Of a stretch of DNA of 64,000 nt, positions 12,915 to 26,600 are shown in pieces. A program made the position numbers and the translations under genes. Position 1 is the first letter of the stretch, and each line of letters starts with the position of its first letter. The notes under the pieces are model-generated. The model searched no databases. It was not told the origin of the DNA and saw only the letters and a list, made by a program, of their open reading frames with translations. Source of the stretch: Raja brachyura (taxonomy: Eukaryota); contig OY740821.1 of assembly GCA_963514005.1 (NCBI GenBank), positions 12,400,001 through 12,464,000 of the forward strand, in the 5' to 3' direction.

Positions 12915-13389
12915 GTAAGTGATTGGGAAGAAATTGATTGCTTGAACATTTGTCTCTTAAAGGAGGCGTTGTGCTGAATAAGTGAGGATGCATAAACCTT
13001 GTGCTGGTACTGAAGAATTTGGATTCCAAACTAGTGTTCATGAGATTTGTTTTTCTTGCATGTCAGAGAAAATGCTAATAAAAAATTTATGGAAGAGGAG
13101 GCTATTCACTTTTGAAGACCCGGAAAGAAAGGTTCCCAAACCCAACTTGAGCCAATGCCAATTGTGGGTAGAGTTTACTGTAAATCCATTGCAACAAGAT
13201 AATGGTGCTTTGGTCAGATTATTAACGACTGACCCTGAATTACTAATTTCCCCTCGAATGTCACTGCTCACGTACATTTATGGGAAGGGGAGAAAATATT
13301 TACCAGCCATCCTAGACTTTGCATCTCTGGCAAGTATTTATATTGTAAGAAGGAAATATTATGTACATAACTGAATTGTTCTTTTTCAG

Positions 13390-13476
13390 ACCGCAGTGCA
13401 AATATTCAAAATGATGATCCAGGAGATTGAAAAACCCGCTGGGCATGTCCAGAACAGGAAATGTGACATGATGTAG
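13390..13476 (+). CDS. RHEBL1: Rheb-like GTPase, last coding exon with CAAX box
   Basis: tttcag|ACCGCA...ATGTAG; TAVQIFKMMIQEIEKPAGHVQNRKCDMM*. RHEBL1 is preferred over RHEB because the gene sits directly upstream of KMT2D on the same strand and has GYDPT in switch I. Confidence 0.9.
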   Translation, partial: TAVQIFKMMIQEIEKPAGHVQNRKCDMM

Positions 13477-15330
13477 TGAGCTTTGTGGCCATGACACTTT
13501 TCTGGTTGCTGAGGAATGAAGGCAGTTACGAGACCTAACCATTTTGTGACCTGGTTACCTGTAGCTGAGCTAACAGAATAGAAGTCTACCACAACTGTTC
13601 TACACTAGTTGCCTTGATTTATTAGGTCACCGAGTCGTTAAATAAGCTTTGTATTGTTTGTGATATACAAGTCCTTGCTTAGACTTGTATAGCTTGTAAA
13701 ATAAGATCCACTCCAAGTGGTATTCAGTAATTAATCAGAGGCTTGCCTATCGTTTGAAATCAAAGGCCTGCTTTATGTTAATGAACTAGCTTCTAAAGTA
13801 CATTTGGTGTCTGATGGGATTGCCACTTCACCATAACCTTTTTATTTTAAGTTTCATGTGGATTTTGTTTCCATGGAGTGGGAATAAATGCAGTCTTTTC
13901 AAAATGTATTCCTTCTTGCAAAGGACTTTTAAAAAAAAAAAAAAACAATCTAGAGTCTGTAGCAAATTGAGATTGCATAAAGTTTAGATTATAATAGTGG
14001 TATCTTGAACTGCTGAAACTGTTTAAATAAGAATATTGTCTGTTCTTGGCTATTTGATCTAAAACCAAATCTACTGGTTTGAGTGACCCAGTTTTTGGAT
14101 TTACTTTGGTTTGGGGTGATAATGAAGCTGCTTCCTGGAATGGATCTATTGATTTACTGTTTGGAAGCAACTCGTACTTCATAACCCCTTTCCCATCTGT
14201 CCAGCTGAAGATTTTCTTTTGGTCTTTCAATTGAGTTTGAACATGACACAAAGAAAATGTTGCTGATAATGTGAGCTGCTTTGGCCTGGGTTGTGCAGCT
14301 ACATGAATGTTTATTTTATGGTAAGGGACGACTAAGTATTGCAAAATCGTTTTGGTATGTCTAATTTGACCAACTGCCATGGTTTTATTGTTGTGAAATA
14401 ATTGAGAAACATAGTTACTTATTTAAATGTGCTGATTCGTTTGATATTCATGTTAAATGAATTATGCTGCAATAGTCTTGAGAGCACTTGTAATTTCTAA
14501 CATAAAATTTTGGTTTACCAATTGCCTGTTAACTTTTTGAAGCCATCCATAAGGCTTTGATTTCAGCTTGGGGATTTAATTGAGTCATTGTGCATAATCT
14601 TTATGTAGAAACTGGATGTCATGCTGCAGCCACGATTTGCCATTATCATGAGAGAAGCTTGCTGCTACGAATAACCTGTTAGGTGATCCTCATGCTAACA
14701 GTATGATTGAAGCAATATTTTGGGTATAAAATTACTCCAATAAATCCTAAGAAAGCCAAAATTGCATTTGGACATAAAGTGCTGCTATTTGGTCAAATCT
14801 AGTCTGAACATTTTGGTCTCAAATGGAGCAATTCATACCACCTTCAAAAGCGAGATAACATTTGAAGTGCACTTTCAATGATAGAGATTTGTACTGAGTG
14901 AGTTGAGATTAAATCTCAATGTTTTCTAACCAGTGAAGGATTTCTGTTTTGATATATTTGTCTTTCTATGATTTTTTTTTATTTTTTTTATTTATTCTGC
15001 TCAAAGTAGGCAAAATATTTGATATCCTCAATTGGGGCCAACTGTACTGAGATCAATGGCCCATATAACCATTGAAATAGTGCCTTGAATTATTTGTTTT
15101 TGCTGACCTTTTGTCTTATGTAAGCTATGGATGTAATTGAGTCTTTAAGTGTTGGCTATTTAGTAGTTTATCAATGATCTATTATTGTAATCTGTTATCT
15201 TGTCCCAGTATTATTTTGGTAATGCATTGCCGATGCCGGCACTAAGTTTAGATAGGATTTTCTTTGTGCAAGGTACTATGTGAAGTTGATTTGCAGGACT
15301 TGTTTATTAAAATATTCTGGAATCATCTGA
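13477..15330 (+). other. Probable RHEBL1 3'UTR with candidate polyA signals
   Basis: AT-rich stretch with no repeat I recognise; AATAAA at 13883 and 14739; ATTAAA at 15306 followed by GT-rich sequence. The end point is inferred. Confidence 0.5.
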
Positions 15331-15539
15331 CTTGTGTCTCAATTTCTTGATGGTTATGAACATGAAACTATCTTTGGATCCAAATGGTTCATCCACAAAA
15401 TTGTTGGATTAGCCATTTCATTAGAAATACAGCAAAGTCAAAGTCAATTTTATTCGTCACATGCACCTGAAGGTGCAGTGAAATGAATTTGGGCCTCTGT
15501 CTGTCCCCCCCCCCCCCCCCCCCCCCCAGGTTCAACATG

Positions 15540-15655
15540 CATGGGAATTTACAGTGGCCAATTAAACTACCAGCCTGCAAGTGTTTGGCACATAAGAGGG
15601 AAGGGAAACCAGTCACGGGGAGAAAGTGCAAACTCCACACTGACAGCATTTGCAC
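15540..15655 (-). mobile_element. tRNA-derived SINE fragment
   Basis: GGTCACGGGGAGAA.GTGCAAACTCCACAC-type core, shared with 27230-27490 (+). Confidence 0.65.
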
Positions 15656-15784
15656 TGAAGCATGCATACAGCTGAATTAACCGATACAGTATCTGCCTCT
15701 GCATAGAACACCAAAGAACAGTAGTACATTTTAGGAAATGTTTTTTCTTTAATTTCAGTTCCACATCTTGTTTTCATGTGCAAA

Positions 15785-16115
15785 GATCTCTACTTTTATT
15801 TTAAAGGCAAGGGTCACCCGTCCTTATTTTTGGCTGAGGGGAGAGTTGGTGAGCACAGAGATTTGGTTGAAATCGGTCACTTTCATAGAGAATGGCATGG
15901 TCACTGAGAAAGGAACACACCCCCTGCACTGGTTTAGAAAGTCTCGTCATCCGAACAGAGGCAGAGAAATTGGGACAATTGAATAGCGTCCTTGCAGGAA
16001 ACTGGCTGCAGCTGAGAAAACTGTAGAAGTCTGGACTAGTAATGGATACTGGTTGCCTTATGATGGGGACAGAGCAAAGTAGAGAAATGGAAGAGATGAG
16101 CCAGATTTGGACAGA
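15785..16115 (-). mobile_element. Penelope-like element RT fragment
   Basis: Minus-strand SCKDAIQLSQFLCLCSDDETF...NKDG, resembling the PLE RT C-terminal motif CKDAIPxSQFLRLRRICS. Confidence 0.7.
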
Positions 16116-16989
16116 GGAGTGGGAGGAGAACATTCTGTGTTTCCATTCCGTGTTTTTTTTAATTCCATTTTATATTTTGCAACATAAAACTGGCTAATTT
16201 TCTCACTTTTCCACTTCTGATGCACCTGAAACATTAACACTGTCTCTCTCCACAGCTGCTGCCTGACCCGAGTTTTTCATTTGGTTTCTGGTTTTGTTCC
16301 CTGCCTTCAGAAGCCTATTTCACCTTATGAATAACATGATGCTCTGTGTATGATTTGGTGTGCATAGTTAGTGTATGTGCACGCAATCATGAATTGGGTG
16401 CATTAATTTTTTCCATCCATCCCAACCATTATTAGAAAATACATTTTCAATTTGCTGCATCGCCTGGAAAGTGTTTAGATTCCTGGTGGGTAGAGATCAA
16501 AGGGTAGGTGCTGCCAATGTCATTGACCCCCAATGTCGTATGCTACAAGGGGCAAAGAGAAGCATTTCCAACTATGCTCGAAACGCCGAAGAGTTTTGGT
16601 AATGTAAATAAGTTTTCTGATGCATTAGTAATGAGGAAACAAACTTCAGCCCACATAGCGAAAGAAATGTTATGGTGCAGACTGTTGGTACATAGAAGAC
16701 TTAACAGCGGTGGAAGCAGAATTGACGAAAGTCGTCAACTTCCCTTTGTAAAAAAAAAAAAAAAAAAATCCGAGTTGAAGGGGGAAGAGAGACTGTGCCT
16801 CTGAGCAAGCCAGGGCAGGCAAATTGTGCCAAATGGCTTCTTTTGTCCGCTGCAAAATTACAACTGACAACACATTTAACTACCTGGGCAATTCGCTGTT
16901 GAACTCTATCTACTAGGCACTAAAACTGATTTAAGGGAATGAAAAGGGGAAATAAACATTTTACATGACGAAGTAAGTTGTCATTTTGC

Positions 16990-18420
16990 ATTCACTTTTG
17001 CAATCACGTGAAATTCCTCCCACTTTCCACCATGGTGGTGGGTCCGACATCCAATGTAATAACAAGCAAAGAGTCTGATAAGAAAACATTCAATCGACCA
17101 GCGCGCACAAAACATTGCATCAATTGCCCATTTCAAAGGTCTTTCGCCGCGTTTGTAAAAAAATAATGGAAATCGGCAACTTTTCACGCGGAATCTCCTT
17201 CAACAAACACTTCTTTAAATGAATGCAGTTAACACGTTTCACATAAACACTTCACCAAACGGATGCTCTGATGTTCCGCTTTAAATGTGAGATTTTAAAC
17301 TCTGCGGAGGATTATACGTCAGAACGCTGCTGCAAAGAGATTAGGCTGCTCTCCGCCCAAAAATAATATCTCTCCGCAGTATTGTATTTTTTTTCAATTC
17401 AGACAAATCTCTCCAAAGAAAATACAAAAAATACCGAAACGCATTCACATTGACTCTTATCTAATTAAATCTCGTCTCATCCCGAAAGGGAAGTGAAATC
17501 GAGTCAGCGGGATTATTTTCCTTTCTCAGGGCTTCCAAGATGGCCGTTCGCTTCAAGTATTTCTGCTTCCCGACAGGGATTTTATAGATTAAAAATTAAA
17601 ATTACATTAGAAATGTAACCCTCTGCCTCGGAAACAAAGCGAGAGATTTCACAACAAAGTCACTGAATCTTGCAAGCGGAGTGAGCGAGGATGGAGTGAA
17701 AGTGAGTGTGTATAAGCAGTTAATTGGAAGCTTGTTTTTTCAACAAAAAAAATGTTTAGATGGTGCCTAGAAGGAAGTGCTGTGAGCGAATGGAAATGTA
17801 TTGTCGAGGATGAGATAAAAGTGGACGGGGAAAGAAGAAAAAGCGGGGTTCGAGATGTTTTGGACGTGCAAAATAAATCATTTTGTCTCCTTTCTGGGCT
17901 CTGCAAGCCTTGGGGCGCGCGGGGAGGGGGTGGTGCTGCTGCTGTTGTGAGGCGTTTTCGGAGAACCCGTTAATTTAAAATTTATAAACACATCCCGGGA
18001 TTCAGCAAACGGAGCAGACATGTTTGAAAACCTCTTTGGACGCTTTTTCTTTTCCGGGCATAGTTTGTTTGTGGTAAAATGGGATGAATTTTGAGGTAAA
18101 TGCGTGCGTGTATAATATCTATATATATATATATATGCGCGCGCGTGTGTGCCGGTTTGAGAGTTTCTAATGGAAATGGGGGCGAGGGAGGGAAGTTTAT
18201 CCGGTTTGAATGCACGTTCTTCATCCTTAATCTGTGGAAAAACGCCTCACACACCATCGCATTCAGCTTGTCCGGGGGACATTTCACTCGATGAACCCAT
18301 CCCAAGTTTACGGGTGGCCTCCGTGGGACAGGGCTTTGTTTTCTTAAATAATGAGAATTAAAAACAAAACGCGCCGTGAAAGGTGGCTGAACGTTTTGGA
18401 TTCCTTCTTCAAATCATTTT
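16990..18420 (+). promoter_or_regulatory. CpG-rich promoter-like region, probable distal KMT2D promoter with non-coding first exon ending at 17701
   Basis: Sharp CpG enrichment; TCACGTGA E-box 17004-17011; CCGCCC box; YY1-type CAAGATGGCCG 17536-17546; donor GAAA|gtgagt at 17702. Confidence 0.65.
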
Positions 18421-21400
18421 GTGTGAGGGGGGGGGGGGGGGGGGAAATCTCTAGGGCGGTATGCTGTGGTTTGAGACGCTATTTTTAAAACGATTTCAGG
18501 GGCAGATTTTAAACTATACTTATGAGCTGGACTTTGAAGTTCTGGCATAAATAACAACAAGGGAACTGTTTATTAATTGCTTTCTTTAAAAAAATAATCA
18601 GATATTTTAATAACATGCCGAAACAGCCAGTAGACAGTTTTAAAATTAGTTTTTTATTTGCCTTTTAACAATAAAGTTACCGTAATTTAAAGCATCGCAA
18701 TCAGATGCTAAAGGTGACTTCTGAAGATGTTTACATCGTATGTAATTTAAATGATTCCCTGATTTCCAGATATATTTGATCCCAAATTTGGAGCGACGTT
18801 ACGTTCCGTCGGGGTAAAAAGCTAGATAGCTGGTAGATGGATTGCAACGTTGTGATTTCTAAAAGTCTTGAAAGTTTCTAGTTGTATTTTGTTTCCAAGT
18901 AGGAAGTGGGGTTGGGGGTGTGTCGTCTTGGCCCAGGAGTTGGAGAGAAGCGCTACGTGGTTCACAATTGGAGACGAACAAAAGATTCACTTGAATGTAG
19001 TCATTTAATCCATTCGGATTAAACATGAAATACATCGTTTTAAAATGTTAATTTCAGTCATTTCGTTTCGCACACTCTGAACAACCGAGCAAATAATCCA
19101 GAGGCCGAATACGTTTCTATCTGACAAAAATCAGGAACTGCTTTTGAATAAAGGGGCTGAGTTTATAAAAACTAACGGGCTCCATTTAATTAAAACCCAT
19201 ACAACACCATTGCTTGACCTACTTAAATTGGGAGATTATGGAGAAAATCAATGTAATTAACAACCTTGAAAGTAAGATCCATCAGTTAGTTTATTTCTTT
19301 ATTTTAAGATGTATTATAGAAAAGTGCCTGGCCACTTTTATGAAATTAACGGTAGGGACCATTTTAAATGCAAAAATGTATTTGTTAGGCCCATGAGACT
19401 TGAGAACAAAACGTCAATAACCCGACAGCACAGTTTTTAAAACGTTCTTATTGTCGAATAAAAATAGTATGCTTTGCCTTTATATGTAGTCAGTAGCATC
19501 ATTTATATTAAACACACTATTTTTCTAATTGTTTATAGTGAAATGATCTTCAAGGATATAAACATGTTTCAAATATTTTAAGTTTACTGTTAATTAAATG
19601 GGTTATGTATGAATTAATTCATCAAATAACTGCTAATTAATTTATTCTGAACTTTTCTTTCCCAGCACCACTCACCCTTTCCCCATGCTTTCCTGTAATA
19701 AACAGTACCTATCATGTGGTGGTGCCCTGTAAATTCAGATTGACATTCTTGGTAAGATTTGTTCTACTTTTATTGTGCTGCCAGTGACGGTGCAGTTGAA
19801 TCTGAAGTGCCTGATGCCTAATGGTCAGAGAATGGAAAATGTATATGCATACAATTTAGTGACCTCTTAAGAAATGTACTCAATGAATGATGCCTACTTA
19901 ACCCTGTTGTTCAATCTAGCGAGGAGAAATTATTCTTTGTCCACAAACAATGTTTGAGTTTTACATTTGTGGATCATTTGTTTTTAATTATAGTTTAGTA
20001 TTACATTTTGTTGTGGTAAATCTTTTGACAGTGCATTTGACGATGTATGTAGTAGTCAATGTAGGGATACAAGTAATCTACAATGCACAAGTGCCAGTGT
20101 TAAAAGCGTTTCATAACCTAATGAGCCAAAAGATCATGTCCGAAGATCTGGCTGTTTGTGTAACGTTTTGCATATGGCAAGTCTGATTTAGCTTCTCATA
20201 TAAAAACCCTCCTTTCTTGCTTGCATGTCAAAATATGGTACCATGGGTGCTGGTTACCCTTTACCATCTCAATCAAATGAATTATTATTCATCAACCACC
20301 TTGATAATTAGTATTGACAGGCAATGATATTACAAGACAAGAATTTGTCTTGATTCCATGCCCACACAGATGGATTTCTTGCAGCATTTGCAACGTGGCT
20401 ATCTACACCAAGAACAATGCATGCATCTCTGTGATGTGAGTGTTGATCCAAATATCTGTCTAATGGAGTTTATTTGGAGGCAGATTTTAAATTTGAAACT
20501 TTTGACTTGCATGCTCACCCGCTGATATACATTTGAACTCTTTTGTTGCTAAATGTGACTCTTCCAATTTTCAAGATGTAGAAAAAGGCCCTTTGGTCCG
20601 TCATATATGCTGTTTCTGAGCAACACCATAGATCCCATTTAGTTATCTGCAGCTTTCTCTCCCACTCATACCCATCAATTCCATCCTGATTTTCCTACCA
20701 TCCAATTTTGGAGGGCTTCCTACCTTTTGTAGCCTCTATACGTTGGTAGGTCTGGTTATAGGATATTCAAGTTAAAAAAATAACTCATGTTGGTTATGCA
20801 GTTTGATTTTTAAATACCAATATGGTTGTTTTGTGCAGAGAATAATGTGTTATTTGGGTTTATTGCAAAGTAATAGCAATTATTGATCAATGGCATGCTA
20901 AAATGAATTAGCTTTCTGTTTCTCTCCTGAAACCAGTTTGAATGTAGTTCCAAATAATTAATTGTTTGTGTGTTGGTCAACTATTGGGCTGCAGGAGATA
21001 TTGGTGCCAAGTCAGATTCTCAGCTTTCCACCAGAGGTTATTCAGAAGTATGGACTGAGGTTGAATTTTGTCTTGTCATGTTGGTACCTGGTATGTTGAC
21101 AGAGTTTGTGTAACAGCAGACACAGAATGATCTTGGGGTCTTGGTCTTTTGTGGGTCAGAACAAAGGATGGAAGTGCATTTGCAGAAATGCTTTTTTCCA
21201 AGGAGTACACTTTATGTGCTGTTAGTATGTAAGTTTGGTGCTAGCTTTAAGTGAAGCATAATTTTTTTTTTTAAACCTAGTTTATAGAAGCAAGTGCAGT
21301 TGCTTCATCTGTCAACAATGTTAAACTTGTTTGCACTATTAAATATTCAATTGAAGTCAAGGTCAATATAATGCAGCAGACTGTATGACTCTATGTTGCC

Positions 21401-22289
21401 ACAAAACCTGGACCATTCAGATGGATGATCACAAATGAGGAAGTTGACTCCATTTTTAACAACTGTAACAACAAAATCACTTGTACCCTACAAACCCGCA
21501 TGAATGTTTCCTTGGTGATTATTTTAAAGCAAGGATTGCCTAACCTCCTGTATTTCTAATCAAAATGTTTTAACATGAGTTCTGATGAAGGGTCTTGAAC
21601 CTAGAAGGTTATCTGTTTCTCATTGCACAGATGCTGCATGGCCTGCTTTATCAGATTTTCGGCAGTAAGGAAAATAGGCTCTTTTTAATCAATCCATTTA
21701 GGTCTCTGAATTTTATACACATCAATACAATCTCCTTTTAATCTCCTCCATGCAAAAAACCTCAACCCAGCCAATTTTTCCTCAAAACGTGTTTTAATAT
21801 TTAATTAATTAAATACCTGTTATGTTACATGAAAATGCTTGTTATGGGATTAAAATAATATACAGTTCCCTGTGCCTGCTTTACTCTTCAATAACATCAT
21901 GGTTCCTGCCTGATTCAGATATCCCATGATTTTCTTATTGCTCCAAAAATATTCTGCAACTTGACTTACTGAACTTGTTGAACATGGAACATTACCTGGA
22001 GAGGTAGTGGTATATTCTCAATTTGTCAGATTTTTTCTGGCTCCATCCTGTCCTGTTCCAAGTCGTCAATTTTATTTTTCGATTGATCTATGGCTCCTGA
22101 CTGATGCACTTGGAAAGGTATGAAGAGGATGTACACATTAAATCCTTAAAACCATTAATTTGGATCATAGCTATTTGCGCCTCAACTTCATTTACTTGCT
22201 TTTGTTCCTCAGTTCTTAATATCCTTAGCTAACATAAATCTATATATCAGTTTTGATTTTTTTTCTCCCAACGGTCATCTAGTGTTAAT

Positions 22290-22532
22290 CCATTGTGGGT
22301 AACATTGAATTCTGTTGACCCTTGCTGTCTCCTCCCCTTCCCACCTCTCCCTCAGCCCTCGGGCTCCTCCTTTTTCCTTTCTTCCCCCCGCCTCCCCCCA
22401 CCCCCTATCAGTCTGAAGAAGGGTTTCGGCCCGAAACGTTACCTATCTCCTTCGCTCCATAGATGCTGCTGCACCCGCTGAGTTTCTCCAGCATTTTGTG
22501 TTGCCCTCGATTTTCCAGCATCTGCAGTTCCT
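22290..22532 (+). mobile_element. Penelope-like 3' end: pyrimidine tract plus hammerhead-like motif
   Basis: AACATTGAATTCT (NIEF-like ORF end), C/T tract, then CAGTCTGAAGAAGGGTTTCGGCCCGAAACGTT and the shared tail. Confidence 0.7.
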
Positions 22533-23669
22533 CCTTTAACAACAGTGTCAATCTATTTTGGGGGTGGAGGAGGGGGGTGGATATTCCAGGTTTCCATAGC
22601 CGTTTGTGTGGAAGATGTGCTTATTTCCATTATTCCTGTATATTTGCTTTTAACGAAAGTTATGCTCCTGTGTTCCGAACATTTCCCGGAGGACATCGTC
22701 TTCCTGTATCTATCTTATCAATGTATGTCATTATCTTAATTATATCATCCCTTAATCTTTTTGACTCAAAGGAGTCATGTCTTTCAAACTTGTCCTCATA
22801 AGTGGTTTTCGGGTGAATACACACTAAGCCCTCACGACAAATGTATTCTTCCGAAGATATGATGCCCAGACTGTATGCAATATGCAATACAGTTCTGCAA
22901 TCTGATATAATTGCAATCTATCTAGAGCTTCAGCAAAACATAACATAGCTTCCACCCTTTTGCATTTTAGCCTTCTCGTAAGAAAGGCCAACAAAGGCTG
23001 CATTAATTATCTATTTTAGTGATTTCTCTACATGGGCCCTGTAATCTCTGCTATGTCATCGTTTTTATCTTTTTATCAATTACAAAATACTCACATAATT
23101 CCCCATGGGGCTCTCTAATTCATATTTCTACTCTCAGCTACACCAATTGCCATGTCACCAAATGTGGGATAATGTATTTCTCTTTTTCTTTGTAATTTAT
23201 TGATAAAATGCTGAAAATCTGAAGCTGCAGTACAGATTCCAATTGAATTAGGTGTTTGGATAGAATATTGTGCACTGCCAATGTACATCCTATTTGTTGG
23301 CGTAGATACATATTATCCCTGTTTTTTGCCTCCTACCCAATTCCCTATTAGGGTCCAGAGGTTGCTTCCAATTCTTGGCCTTTTATTGTTGATACTTGGC
23401 CCTTGCCTGAACATTATTAAGGGCAGTCTGAAAAAGGGTCCTGACCCAAAATGTTGTCTGTCTATTTCCTTCTACAGATACATCACGGAGAACAAATTCC
23501 TTATCCATGTTATAATTTCCTAAAAAAACCTGTTAATTAGGGTTAACTTCCTCTTCACAAATCCATGCTGATTAGTTCAAATTTATCCAGGTACTTATTT
23601 ATTTCTGATCACAGATGATACAATCTGTAAATAACATTATGCCCTTGAATGTTATGCCCTTATATCCAC

Positions 23670-24410
23670 TAGGGGCGCCGCATTGATGGCAGCCTCTGCC
23701 CACACTCTTGTCTGTTTTTCTTTTTTTTAAATTTATTTTTCATTTGTTTAAAAAGTATGTTTTGGGGGATTTCTTTAGTATTTCTATGTGGGGGAGGGGG
23801 GTAGGGAAAGGGGGAAACCGTTTCTCAGTCACTTCCTGGCGAGGATGTGACTATTCTCCGAGTGGATTGGCGCCTACCAACTGGATTGGCGCGGCCTTTC
23901 CTGCCGGAGACCGGACCAGAGCTTCAGTAGCGGTGCAGCATTGGATTCATCGTGGAGCAGGCGATGCCTTGCCTGGATCGCCGTTTGAAGCTCCGGAGTG
24001 TTGGGCCTGCTGCTTCAACATCGCGGAGCTGTGATATGCAGAGCTTCCAGCGCGGGCGGTGCTGACTTCAACATCGCGGAGTCCTGGAACCTTTTGCCGA
24101 GAGCCGCCAATGTGAATCTCTGCCCAGCTCGGCCTGTGGACTTCGGGAGCCGTGGTCTCCGGTAGGAAGTGGCTGATTCAGAAGTCCAAGCCGCTGAGAA
24201 TGTTCTCCCGTTCCGACGTCGGTGTTCCATCATCCGGCGAGCGGGCCTGAACATCGGGCTGCCTGTAGCGGCGACAGCGAGGGGTTCGGGAGCCCCCCGA
24301 CCAGGGGTGAACAACAGAGGAGGATGACTGAACTTTGGTGCCTTCCCTCACAGTGGGAAACTTTGATTCCGCTGTGTGGGGATGTCTATGTTAAAGACTA
24401 TCGTGTTCAT
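23670..24410 (+). mobile_element. Unclassified GC/CpG-rich interspersed element
   Basis: Sharp-edged CpG-rich block with an internal repeat (CTTCAACATCGCGGAG twice) in AT-rich DNA; no credible ORF. Confidence 0.55.
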
Positions 24411-24654
24411 GAACTATCGCCTTTATGAAGAATGTAGTGTATTTTGTTAGATTTCACTTGATAGTAAAGGCAGTGTCTAATGTGTTTGTAATCTGTACTA
24501 ACAAGGTCAAAAGTTCAATTCCTGGGTTGGTGTGTGCTTAAATTGTGAACTTAAGTTGGGCTAGCATTTGAGGTGTTAAAAATAGTGTGTGAATTACATG
24601 GTTGTGATCAGCTGTAGTTGATGTTTATTTGGAAAAATAATGCATATATACATA

Positions 24655-24960
24655 TCGTGCACTCCATAATGTTTGGGACAAAGACCCATCATTTATTTAT
24701 TTGCCGCTGTACTCCACAATTTCACATTTGTAATGGAAAAAAATCACATGTGGTTAAAGTGAAAGTTGTCAGATTTTATTAAAGGCCATTTTTATGCATT
24801 TTGGTTTCACCACGTAGAAATTTCAGCAGTGTTATAGTTACCCTTTCCCCCCCCCCCCCCCCTCCATTTCAGGGCGCCATAATGTTTGGGAAATATTGAT
24901 TTTTTTCTATTACAAATCTCAAATTATGGAGTACAGAGGCAAATAAATAAATGATGGGTG
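24655..24960. mobile_element. Non-autonomous deletion derivative of the neighbouring Tc1
   Basis: One nearly full TIR (24655-24891) matching 27623-27870, joined to about 60 bp of inverted TIR. Confidence 0.85.
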
Positions 24961-25849
24961 TTTAATATATAAAAAATGCACTTTGCAGAAGCATAATTGG
25001 ATCAAATTCAACTTTGAGATTCAAAACAAATCAATAATGGTAATGTGGATCAAAACCTTGATCAATGAGTTGGATTCTATTTTACACTCAAGCAGTACCA
25101 TAAGATAGAAATGGCTACTGAACCCCGGCAATCTGGCCCTTGTGGACAAGCGGCTCAATCACTTGTCCTTTCTTTTATACTGATGTCTTGTGTATAATTA
25201 ATTGAGCCAAGAGACTCTTAAGAAAGTTATTATTAGCATTGTTGCCTCATTTATGAAATTTTGAATTGAAGCACTAAACTTAGTTGAACACTTAGTTAGC
25301 ACTAAACACTAAATTGAAGCTGCTTGTTGTACATAATAATCAATGGGAAAATGTAGTTATGCCTTGTTTGTGGCCTACCTAAACTACTATTGTGGTTCCA
25401 AGGCTTCACATATGTAAATACAGCTATATTTTAACAGATTAGACTTGGACATTTGGGACAGCAACTTTTCCAATCTTCTATCCTGAGATGGATCAGCACG
25501 AACTGGATAAAATTGCCTTGACCAATGTATCTGAAATTGGGTCCTGAAATCATACGTGAAAGTTGAAGAAACAAATTTGGTAAAAATATATACTTTGTCA
25601 CAGATTGTTACATGCAAACCCTTTGGTGTCTGTGGTTGTATTTGGACGAAGCATATTGGGAGTTGATTATGAGATTGTTTTGGATAGTTTAATGTCAGAA
25701 TTTTGTAGTACAATATTGTGGTGCTCTGAAAGTGGCTTCCACTTTGAAATTTCATTCTACAATTTGGATTTAGAAACCCCAGTAGCGTTTAATATGGTAA
25801 TTGTTGACTGATGTTTTGGTGATTTGGAACATTGTTTGCATCAGATTTT

Positions 25850-26600
25850 CGTAGGGCTCATTGTTATCCCTTGTCTTTCTTATTGATTTTGGAAATATAT
25901 GTAGGAGCAGCTTTTAAGTTTGCTGATGATACAAAACTTCACTGTGAAATAGTAAGCAAATAAAATGTAAGCTGCAGGAAGATGCTAATAGATATCAAAT
26001 ATGCAAAGTAGTAACAAATGGAAAGCATTCAGAGAAGTGTGAAAGAAAAATCAAGGCAAGGGAATACCTAAAACTGAGAAGAATAATGGAATTGGAGACT
26101 TTGGATGGCACATCCACATATTCCTGAAGGTAGCAGGACAAATGAGTAAGGTGGTTAAGAGAAACTGGACACTTACCATCATGCTTGTAATAAGACACTT
26201 GATTTACAGGGACATTGCTGGGGTGGAAAATGTTGCTTGTGAAGTAATTGTTGGCTTGAGGTTTCTTTTTGGAATGGAGATTGAATTGAGGTATATAACA
26301 TTCAGAAACCTGATTGCGTTGACTAGAAAGGATCAATTTTTCCTTCATGGAGAAATTAGTGATTTAAAGGAAAATGCAAATAAAGAAAGAATTGAAGAGA
26401 GTTGAGAAATGTTTTTTTACTAAAGGTGCTGGCGACCTGGAATTCACTACCTGAAAGGATGCTGGAAACATAAGCCCTCATTCAATTCACAAATTACTTG
26501 CATGGCCACTTTGTGCTGTTACCTTCAAGGCTATCGTCTAAAAGATGAAAAGTGGGACTGGATTGAATAGTTCTGTGATGACACCCTGTGTCCTATTAGC
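25850..26600 (+). mobile_element. Degenerate CR1 fragment
   Basis: KFADDTKL motif near 25916 and CR1-like 3' sequence. Confidence 0.65.

Noticed and set aside
13847-14380. 177-aa antisense ORF in the RHEBL1 3'UTR
   Set aside because: No recognisable domain, and it includes a poly-Phe run from an A tract; likely chance.
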